From Prochlorococcus sp. MIT 0801 (lineage in GTDB: Bacteria; Cyanobacteriota; Cyanobacteriia; PCC-6307; Cyanobiaceae), in assembly GCF_000757865.1 (NCBI RefSeq), contig NZ_CP007754.1, positions 1,050,001-1,082,000 on the forward strand: 32,000 bases of DNA, read 5' to 3'. Of this stretch, positions 8,958 through 16,049 are shown one piece after another. Made by a program: the position numbers and the translations under genes. Positions within the stretch are counted from its first letter, which is position 1. Each line of letters begins with the position of its first letter. The notes below the pieces were generated by a model that saw nothing but the letters and a program-made list of their open reading frames with translations, did no database searches and was not told the origin of the DNA.

Positions 8958-10283
8958 TTAAAAGCCCATACAGGACCTATACCCGCTTCCATGACAGAGT
9001 GGATCATTTGATAAACCACTACCTTGTTTACACCACATATTAATAAGAAATTTCGGTCCATCTGATTTAGCTAAACATTGAGCATGCGTCGGACAATCGC
9101 CTGCACAATTATTGCCTCCCCCACCATTGCCTCCACCACCATTGCCTCCACCACCATTGCCTCCACCAGTATTAGCACAATTAGAATTATTGTATTCACT
9201 TTCGGTGGTGTATTGAATTTCATCGCACATCCAGAAGGTTTCTCCACAAGTGCCTGGACCTGGATGAGGACCATATTTCCCATCATGAGCTTTTGGGTTG
9301 GCCAATCTTGCTTCATTTCTATTGAAGGAACATTCATCTTCTTGTTGTTGAATTATTTTGGCTTCATTAGCACTAATACATGCATTCATGTCATCTTCAT
9401 CATTTTTTTTATCGCCTAAACAAAAATAATATGTTACCTCGGGTTGACCTGCTCTGACACAACTATTTAACTGACTACTTGACATTGCTCCAGAAAATTC
9501 AGTGGCTTTCTGTGCAAGGATTGCAGCACTACATTCCTTGCCTAAATCTTCTTCCTGTTTTTGTTTATATTCATCTTCATTAGAAACAATATCTCCTTTG
9601 TATAACCAAGTCTCAACTGAGCAATATTCAGTAGAGCATGTGGCAAGAGTACATCCTTGTGTATCAATACTTACATCCCATCTATTTCTTAATCCTGAAC
9701 CTTTAGGAGGACCTAATCTAAAATTACTAAAGTCCGTTTCACATTTTTTAGATTTTTTATCATACTCTTTTTGATACGCCCACTTATCTTTTTGAAGTTG
9801 ACTTGGTCCACAATTAGGACCACCCCATCTTTTACATCTATTAAGGCTAGCTTGATTATCTGCTGGGTCAGATATTTTTGTAACTTGATTATTGGAAGTA
9901 ATTTCATATCCCATTTCAAACAGAATTTTTTCATCAGAACTTATAGGTGTTATATAAAATTCTGAACATTTATCTTTATCAGTTTTAACTTTATATCCTG
10001 TTGGTGAAAGTCGATTGTTATCTATTACAGATGAGGGAGGACTAACTGTCTCTGGGTCAGTTCCACTTCTTGTTGAAGCAAGACATTCGATAAGAGAATT
10101 ATTCATAATTGTCATTGCCTCATCAATCTTTGCGAGTTTTGTCCATTTTGTAATATTTCCTATACCTAATGAACCTAAAATTCCAAGTATTAGTACTACA
10201 AAAGTTAATTCTATTATAGAAAACCCCTCTTCTGAACTAATCAGATGAGGGGGTTTCTTATTAATAGTTTGTATTAAATTCAT
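8958..10283 (-). CDS. Large (441 aa) Cys-rich type IV pilin-like protein with C-terminal GGGGN repeats
   Basis: Prepilin motif ...SSEEG|FSIIELTFVVLILGILG. There are 22 Cys in the globular part and a GGGNGGGGNGGGGNGGGGNN tract. The gene sits between pilA and pilB. Confidence 0.8.
   Translation of the reverse strand: MNLIQTINKKPPHLISSEEGFSIIELTFVVLILGILGSLGIGNITKWTKLAKIDEAMTIMNNSLIECLASTRSGTDPETVSPPSSVIDNNRLSPTGYKVKTDKDKCSEFYITPISSDEKILFEMGYEITSNNQVTKISDPADNQASLNRCKRWGGPNCGPSQLQKDKWAYQKEYDKKSKKCETDFSNFRLGPPKGSGLRNRWDVSIDTQGCTLATCSTEYCSVETWLYKGDIVSNEDEYKQKQEEDLGKECSAAILAQKATEFSGAMSSSQLNSCVRAGQPEVTYYFCLGDKKNDEDDMNACISANEAKIIQQQEDECSFNRNEARLANPKAHDGKYGPHPGPGTCGETFWMCDEIQYTTESEYNNSNCANTGGGNGGGGNGGGGNGGGGNNCAGDCPTHAQCLAKSDGPKFLINMWCKQGSGLSNDPLCHGSGYRSCMGF
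9111..9170 (-). repeat. 15-bp in-frame tandem repeat, 4 units (attgcctccaccacc), encoding the (GGGGN)n tract of the large pilin
   Basis: Direct reading gives units at 9111-9125, 9126-9140, 9141-9155 and 9156-9170. The first and last units are slightly diverged. Confidence 0.9.
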
Positions 10284-10307
10284 CAGAAATTATTAACTAA
10301 TTTCTAA

Positions 10308-10829
10308 CTACCAAACTGAATTTCTACATCCTCTTTCCACAGCATCACCACTAGCAGTACATGTTTTAGCCCCAGTGCCAAGGTTGTATACAAAGCTTGG
10401 ATATTCAGCAGTATTCTCTGAACGAATTTCCATTAAACCAGAACTAGTACAAGTTAGTGGTGTTACAGATGTTGATCTTGTCAGAGTTCCTTGGCCTTGA
10501 TTGTTGAAAACAGTTTGATACCAACCAGCTCCATTTTTGGTACCGTCTCTATATCCATCCAAACTTATCGAAGGAATGTAAGTTCCTGAACCTTGGTCAG
10601 CCATATTTGCTGCACATTCTTTAACAGTTGTAGCAAGAGTAGTAGCAGCAGCAGCAGCTCTTGCTTTACTAGCAATTTTAGTAAACTGTGGAATTGCAAT
10701 AGCCGACAAAACAGCTAATACAGCAACAACAACAACAAGTTCAATTAGAGAAAAACCTTTTTGACCTGGTTTCAAAGATAAAACCTTTTTAACTTTTGAG
10801 CTAGAAAGGTAATTTTGCAACAAATTCAT
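10308..10829 (-). CDS. pilA: Major type IV pilin PilA
   Basis: Motif ...KPGQKG|FSLIELVVVVAVLAVLSAIAIPQF, a C-terminal disulfide loop CTASGDAVERGC, and noticeably GC-richer codon usage than its neighbours. Confidence 0.85.
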   Translation of the reverse strand: MNLLQNYLSSSKVKKVLSLKPGQKGFSLIELVVVVAVLAVLSAIAIPQFTKIASKARAAAAATTLATTVKECAANMADQGSGTYIPSISLDGYRDGTKNGAGWYQTVFNNQGQGTLTRSTSVTPLTCTSSGLMEIRSENTAEYPSFVYNLGTGAKTCTASGDAVERGCRNSVW

Positions 10830-10859
10830 TAGAAACTAATAAATTGATATATTACATAT

Positions 10860-10888
10860 ACTTTATATATATCTTTCCCATTAGACAA
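10860..10888 (-). promoter_or_regulatory. Candidate sigma70-type promoter for pilA (-35 TTGTCT, 17-nt spacer, -10 TAAAGT on the minus strand)
   Basis: Read by eye in the 73-nt gap between the lipoprotein stop and the pilA ATG. The region is AT-rich, so other -10 boxes are possible. Confidence 0.3.
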
Positions 10889-10902
10889 CTAAATGAAATG
10901 AA

Positions 10903-11421
10903 TCATGATTCATTTATATTCTCAGTTTCAAAAAGTTTAATTTCAGCTGAATTCTCTTTATATTTGAGTCTTAATACTCTTGTATCAATATCAATACCTT
11001 CTACTACCCAACCATTTGGCAATAAAGAAGTACTCTCTCCTCCTATATCTCCGACCTGAACTGTTCCTGATTGATCATTGTAAGTAACAAAAACATTTAT
11101 CACGTCATTCTCTGCTATTTGACCAGTAAATTTAAAGCTTTCTGGAATTACCAGTACATTTCCCTCGATTACATCAATAGGTAGAAATGGATTATTTCTT
11201 CCTATTGAAAGATTGTCTATTAATTCTTCAGAAGATTTTAGATTTTCTAATTCTGGAACATCTGTTTTTTCAGGAATAGAAGAAAATTCATTCGGAAAAA
11301 CAGGTGGCTTTATTATCTCTGATAAATTTGTATTGTTTGAAGAGCAAGAGCTAATCAGAGGAATAGTTAAGAAAAGAAGCAATAAATAATGCTTGTTAAT
11401 AATAGAAGAATCCTTAATCAA
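10903..11421 (-). CDS. PilP-like pilus lipoprotein
   Basis: Lipobox LISS|C after a hydrophobic leader. It has an NPF motif (GRNNPFLP) and a C-terminal beta-rich domain (FTGQIAENDVINVFVTY...VQVGDIGG...WVVEGIDIDTRVLRL) as in PilP. TTG start in the ORF track. Confidence 0.55.
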   Translation of the reverse strand: MIKDSSIINKHYLLLLFLTIPLISSCSSNNTNLSEIIKPPVFPNEFSSIPEKTDVPELENLKSSEELIDNLSIGRNNPFLPIDVIEGNVLVIPESFKFTGQIAENDVINVFVTYNDQSGTVQVGDIGGESTSLLPNGWVVEGIDIDTRVLRLKYKENSAEIKLFETENINES

Positions 11422-11538
11422 GTATAAAAATGATAACTTTATTTGATATTACCAATAAATATTCAATTGTCAGAATATTATAAATATTAGTAATTTAGTT
11501 AAAAAGACTTAAACATTTTTAGTTAAAAAAAGATATTC

Positions 11539-12384
11539 TCAAAGATATTTCCACCATAAAATATTTCCAAGTGATTTAATCCAGAATTCGTCACCAAGAA
11601 TCCATACTAAAAAAGTTGAAACACATATAAATGGTCCAAAGGGAATATAATCTCCTCTTCTAATTAAATTTAAACATAATGCTATTACTGAATAAACTGC
11701 ACTAATTAAAAATGATAAAACAATAGTTAATTCTAAACCAATTGTTCCAAGCCATGCTCCACACATTGCAAATAGTTTAATATCACCACCTCCAAATGCA
11801 GGTTTATTGAAGGCAACGAAAACTACCTTACTAAAAATAAAAAATCCAATTATTGAAAAAATATAGGCAAAAAAATGATCTTCTAGTTTGACACTGTTGT
11901 AATCAAAATAGAAAAACTTTGTAATGAGAATTAGTAAAAAACCAATTATTGATCCAGAAAAAGTTAATGAGTCAGGAAGAATCATCTCATCAATATCAAT
12001 TACCGTAAGAACAATTAAGTAAGAAACTAGAATCCAGCTAGAAACCAGTAAAAATAATTCATAGGAAAGATTGTTATAAAAATTTCGATCATAAAAGCAT
12101 AATAGAAATAAAAAAGATGTAATTATTTCAATCAAAGGATATCGAAAAGGAATAGACAAGTTGCAATATCGGCATTTAAATCTTAAAAACAACCAACTAA
12201 GGATAGGAAATAAATCAAAAAAACTAAGTTTTTCTCCACATTTAGGGCAATAACTTCTTTTAAGAATATAAGGCTCTAATTTCGGGAGCCGTAATATAAC
12301 AACATTTAAAAAACTTCCTACACAAGCTCCAAGAATTAATACAAATAATCCATGCATGATATTTATATAGAAAATTGATATCAA
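11539..12384 (-). CDS. pilD: Prepilin peptidase / N-methyltransferase PilD (peptidase A24)
   Basis: Cys motif CPKCGEKL...CRYC, GGGDIKL active-site motif, and multiple TMs. The track start is TTG; an ATG at 12357 (MHGLFVLILG...) is the more likely start. Confidence 0.9.
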   Translation of the reverse strand: MISIFYINIMHGLFVLILGACVGSFLNVVILRLPKLEPYILKRSYCPKCGEKLSFFDLFPILSWLFLRFKCRYCNLSIPFRYPLIEIITSFLFLLCFYDRNFYNNLSYELFLLVSSWILVSYLIVLTVIDIDEMILPDSLTFSGSIIGFLLILITKFFYFDYNSVKLEDHFFAYIFSIIGFFIFSKVVFVAFNKPAFGGGDIKLFAMCGAWLGTIGLELTIVLSFLISAVYSVIALCLNLIRRGDYIPFGPFICVSTFLVWILGDEFWIKSLGNILWWKYL

Positions 12385-12419
12385 AATATATTAAAATTAT
12401 ATATCAATGACTAGTATGC

Positions 12420-12797
12420 TTAAAAAAGAGAGTAAAGACTAGCTAAACATAAAATAATTTTCTTTAAGGAGAATGGTATATAGACAATCAAAACAAACTC
12501 AAATATGCATAAAAAAATATTTAATTTCTTAATTCTCAGAATTGAATTTAATATTAATATGATTATACTGGAATTAATTATTATAGTAAATAACAATCCA
12601 GCTATTAATTGGTTTGTTTTTAAACCAAAAAAAGGGTTTAAAATAAAATCACTGAAGATAAATATATAAGAAATTATGATGGACTCAAATGGATTTAAGA
12701 CTTTAAATCCAAATGGGCTAATCAATGGTAAATAAGGAGCTATTGTTTTCTTAATCATTTTCATAATAAAATATTTAATTAAATATAATAAACTCAA
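12420..12797 (-). CDS. Hydrophobic multi-TM protein, unknown function, first gene upstream of pilD
   Basis: 125-aa ORF with 3-4 predicted TM stretches. TTG start in the track; internal ATGs (IMKMIKK) are possible starts. Confidence 0.4.
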   Translation of the reverse strand: MSLLYLIKYFIMKMIKKTIAPYLPLISPFGFKVLNPFESIIISYIFIFSDFILNPFFGLKTNQLIAGLLFTIIINSSIIILILNSILRIKKLNIFLCIFEFVLIVYIPFSLKKIILCLASLYSLF

Positions 12798-13417
12798 CTG
12801 TTAAAACATAATATAGGATCATCTTGTATTTCTTCAGTAGAAAAAGAAAAGCTACTTTCAAAGCAACATTACATACTGAAATATGTTTTATTGAAATCTG
12901 AACTTAAACTATCAATGTCATCCAAAGATGAAATCCTTTCTATTGGAAAGCTTTTCCTCCACAGAGAGAATTGACTCATATCTAGAGACAATCCAAGCCC
13001 GACTTTCTGTTTATAACACCAACTGGAAATGCCTATAGATGCAAAAGGTTTTTCTAGACATGTGGTCCTCAGGAGATCTTCTATTGAAAAGCGTCGAAAT
13101 CACAAAGGTCGACAAATTTGAACTCTTAGGTTGAACTTCAGCAATATGCGTTTTCGCTCTTGGCTCAAAATTTACTTGTGAAGGGACTCAAAACGATGAG
13201 CTTTTGACAGACACTTCGATTTATAAAAAATTGAAGAAAAATGGAAAGTAGCATGGATGCAAAGAGTTTCAGGTCAATCAGATATCTCATTATGGAACGA
13301 ATAATTTATATTTCCTTCTTAATGGTTAAGTATTCGTAAATTCTATTTATATTCTTACGCCTGAAGTAATCATTCAAACATAGAGATAATTTAAAAGAGA
13401 AACAGTAATTGTCGTAA

Positions 13418-13594
13418 ATGCAAGAAAAACCCAATGTTGAAGAATTAATTGCAGATTCTATGGTAATGCTCTTGATTAGAGCAGAAAAATTACCTCAAAG
13501 AGAAAGGTTGGCAATTACTCAAGAATTCAGAGAATGGCTTAATGGTAATTGCAAAATTGAAGATATACTGATTCTAGATACAAGAATTAAATAG
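13418..13594 (+). CDS. Small hypothetical protein (58 aa)
   Basis: Manual translation MQEKPNVEELIADSMVMLLIRAEKLPQRERLAITQEFREWLNGNCKIEDILILDTRIK. ATG start, below the ORF-track length cut-off. Confidence 0.35.
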   Translation: MQEKPNVEELIADSMVMLLIRAEKLPQRERLAITQEFREWLNGNCKIEDILILDTRIK

Positions 13595-13691
13595 AATAGC
13601 TACATAAAGTTGATAATTATCACTGTTAGTTAATTAATATTTGAATAATTATTCACCCAATAATCACTTTAAAGTAATTTAAAGGGTAAGA

Positions 13692-13817
13692 CTATACAAT
13701 TCCTGGAATGATCCAGCCTGTTATTCCGTAGTTAATCACAGCTGCAAAGAAGCCCATCATCGCAAGGCGGCCATTCATTTGCTCGGCTGTTTTCCAGTAG
13801 TTAGTTTCTTTGTTCAT
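13692..13817 (-). CDS. hli: High-light-inducible protein (HLIP, CAB-like one-helix protein), 41 aa
   Basis: MNKETNYWKTAEQMNGRLAMMGFFAAVINYGITGWIIPGIV, with the E-x-x-NGR-x-AM motif plus a TM helix. The ATG overlaps the upstream stop (TAATG). Confidence 0.9.
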   Translation of the reverse strand: MNKETNYWKTAEQMNGRLAMMGFFAAVINYGITGWIIPGIV

Positions 13818-13963
13818 TACACAACACCTGGAATGATTTGACCTGTTGTTAGATATGCACCGATGAGTGCCCAGCATCCAACAAATGCTGCGTAACCATT
13901 GAGTCTTTCAGCAATTACTTTGCCTTCTTCTACTCTTGGAGTTTCAGTCGTTTGTTTTTTCAT
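13817..13963 (-). CDS. hli: High-light-inducible protein, 48 aa
   Basis: Manual translation MKKQTTETPRVEEGKVIAERLNGYAAFVGCWALIGAYLTTGQIIPGVV. TAATG overlaps at both ends. Confidence 0.85.
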   Translation of the reverse strand: MKKQTTETPRVEEGKVIAERLNGYAAFVGCWALIGAYLTTGQIIPGVV

Positions 13964-14082
13964 TAAACAACACCTGGGATAAGTTGACCGGTTGTTAGGT
14001 AGATACCTGTTAGTAGAACGAATGCCATCATGGCTGGTCTGCCGATGCTTCTTTCTAGGATTGTTTTGTTAGATGGTTGCAT
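13963..14082 (-). CDS. hli: Short HLIP-like one-helix protein, 39 aa (divergent motif)
   Basis: Manual translation MQPSNKTILERSIGRPAMMAFVLLTGIYLTTGQLIPGVV. It shares the C-terminal TTGQ(I/L)IPGVV with the neighbouring hli genes. Confidence 0.7.
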   Translation of the reverse strand: MQPSNKTILERSIGRPAMMAFVLLTGIYLTTGQLIPGVV

Positions 14083-14102
14083 TGTTATTAGTAGTTATTG
14101 GT

Positions 14103-14309
14103 TTAGAAAATTCCAGGAATGATTTGACCTGTTGTGAAGTATGAAACCAAAAGACTGACCATTCCGATCATTGCCCAACGGCCATTTGTCTTTTCTGCTT
14201 CTTCTGGATAGCTGGTGTAGTCCTCTACAAGCTGTGGCTGTGTTTCACGGCCAAAGATGTTTTGCTTGCCGTACTCAGTGATTACCTGAGAAGAAGATGA
14301 ACTTGTCAT
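14103..14309 (-). CDS. hli: High-light-inducible protein, 68 aa
   Basis: MTSSSSSQVITEYGKQNIFGRE...AEKTNGRWAMIGMVSLLVSYFTTGQIIPGIF. The ATG at 14309 is preferred over the track start at 14339. Confidence 0.85.
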   Translation of the reverse strand: MTSSSSSQVITEYGKQNIFGRETQPQLVEDYTSYPEEAEKTNGRWAMIGMVSLLVSYFTTGQIIPGIF

Positions 14310-14590
14310 TACTGAAATTGCGTTGATGTGAATGAACATAAAGTATTAACTTTGTTGATCAAAGATACGGTCGGGTACGGCTTCTTCTCATCCTTAATAG
14401 CTCTAAACCTCAAACACTAAATACAACAACTAATTAGAGAGATATTTATCCAATGATTAGATCTATTGATGACTCTAATAAGTATAAATAGCCCGAACTG
14501 GTTAGCACTACTTCAACCGTCCTACTCGTATTGAGGGCTTCTTTTATATTTAAATCATCTTTTTATACCAACCAGATCAAACTTTGAGTC

Positions 14591-14701
14591 ATGCTTGCAA
14601 TCAACAAAACTACTGCTGCAAAACTAATCGTTCTCTGGAATCTTCCTGCACTACTTCTATTAATTGGTGCTTATGAAGTTGGTTCTACCGTATTTGCTTA
14701 A
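14591..14701 (+). CDS. 36-aa membrane mini-protein (family 1)
   Basis: MLAINKTTAAKLIVLWNLPALLLLIGAYEVGSTVFA. Paralogs lie at 23234-23347 and 28675-28785. Confidence 0.5.
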   Translation: MLAINKTTAAKLIVLWNLPALLLLIGAYEVGSTVFA

Positions 14702-14707
14702 CTTACA

Positions 14708-14872
14708 ATGACATCATCTGATAACAGTCCAAAGAATTGGTCCGAGTGGAACAACACAAAGCATTTCACTGATTATTCAAGAGATTCAGGAACAGGCAAA
14801 TTTGTTCGCTTTACCATTGCTGCCTTACTCTTCGTTCCAGTTGGATTCCTCGCTTACATGACTACTATCTAG
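14708..14872 (+). CDS. 54-aa single-TM mini-protein
   Basis: MTSSDNSPKNWSEWNNTKHFTDYSRDSGTGKFVRFTIAALLFVPVGFLAYMTTI. It starts 6 nt after the previous stop. Confidence 0.45.
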   Translation: MTSSDNSPKNWSEWNNTKHFTDYSRDSGTGKFVRFTIAALLFVPVGFLAYMTTI

Positions 14873-15149
14873 GCAAAAAATCAGCCGGGAAGTATTGATC
14901 TAATACTTTTTATCGGTCTGCAAGTTTGGTGGTTTATTCCAATTACAAGAAAAAGCAACGAGTTAAACAAATACATTATTAATCAGCAATAAGAAAGGAA
15001 TCAACTTAAAAAACTATATAGAAGATAGATATTTAATCTCAAACAAATTCAATAAGAATAAAAATAAAATAAGCAAAACTAATCCCGTATTAATTCTTTT
15101 TGTTTATCAAAATAGGAGTAAAAAACAATATTCATAAGTAGGATTATTT

Positions 15150-15326
15150 ATGTCTTGCGGAAAACCGTTAAAACATGCACAAGAAAAAGTAAAGCCAATA
15201 ACTAATAATTTCAATTCATTTCCTTTCGAGAAAGAGGGAATGCTATCTTTTTACAAAGATCCATTTAATTCTATCGATTGGAAAAATGAGGGCCTGCAAC
15301 TTGGCAAGGCTAAGCCGATTGATTAG
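15150..15326 (+). CDS. Small hypothetical protein (58 aa)
   Basis: Manual translation MSCGKPLKHAQEKVKPITNNFNSFPFEKEGMLSFYKDPFNSIDWKNEGLQLGKAKPID. Confidence 0.35.
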   Translation: MSCGKPLKHAQEKVKPITNNFNSFPFEKEGMLSFYKDPFNSIDWKNEGLQLGKAKPID

Positions 15327-15416
15327 ATCATAATAATTCTTGATTTGCATAATCTAAGTTAAAAGTAAATACCTACAACCAGCTAAGCATGCAAGAAATA
15401 TTTTTTATAACCAGTA

Positions 15417-15569
15417 CTAATTCTCATTCTTGAGATGAACTTCAACACATCTTGATGTACATTCAACCCCCTCATCATCAAGTGAAAAAGATGTCACACA
15501 GGCGAAGTACAATTCAATTGCATCTCTTTCTTCTATGCTTTGACTATTAACAGAAGAACAAGAAGACAT
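15417..15569 (-). CDS. Small Cys-containing hypothetical protein (50 aa)
   Basis: Manual translation MSSCSSVNSQSIEERDAIELYFACVTSFSLDDEGVECTSRCVEVHLKNEN. Confidence 0.4.
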   Translation of the reverse strand: MSSCSSVNSQSIEERDAIELYFACVTSFSLDDEGVECTSRCVEVHLKNEN

Positions 15570-16049
15570 TTCTAACCTATTACATAGAACTTACAACTAT
15601 TTAGCACCAATGTTCGTCATATTTACCCTTCAAAACTTTATATAAATACCTATTTTATACATTCAATTTAATATTGATTACTTGCTAATTTCAAAAACTA
15701 ACTAAGTAAAAAAGCTGTGTGGTTATAAAAAGAAAAAAGTAACAATAGAAATAATACTTAATCCAAAGTTAATAGAAAATCTCCTATTGTTTTCAAAGTA
15801 TTAGAAGCTTCATACAAAAATGATAAGGATGACTAATATAGGTCAATCTTATCAATTAGCTCAAAAAAAGAGAAAACATTGATTGAATAAGAGGGTTTTA
15901 TTCATACCAATAGATTTACTGATTGCTATTTGCCAAATCTTGGTGAGTTTACCCATCCTAGATATCTTATTTAGAAGCTAAATTCTGTCTGTCAGATTTT
16001 ATCTGATCTTATTTATTGCTCTTTCGAGCAAATACTTATCGCTCTTTTC

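Noticed and set aside
9071-10248. Six ORFs (9071-9337, 9078-9419, 9502-9774, 9713-9934, 9771-9965, 10015-10248) overlapping the giant pilin gene
   Set aside because: They are alternative-frame or antisense shadows of the 441-aa pilin ORF, which has a clear prepilin motif. One is just the repeat tract read in another frame (EAMVVEAMVV...).
10844-11059. Plus-strand 71-aa ORF
   Set aside because: It is antisense to the PilP-like lipoprotein gene and has no recognisable features.
13692-14339. Long versions of the hli ORFs in the track (13692-13877 and 14103-14339)
   Set aside because: The N-terminal extensions read through the neighbouring hli gene in another frame or add non-HLIP sequence. Internal ATGs give canonical HLIP lengths and exact TAATG coupling.
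15900-16049. psbA promoter
   Set aside because: Several TAnnnT boxes are present (for example tatctt at 15964-15969), but no convincing -35 box or spacing. I could not assign a start site from sequence alone.
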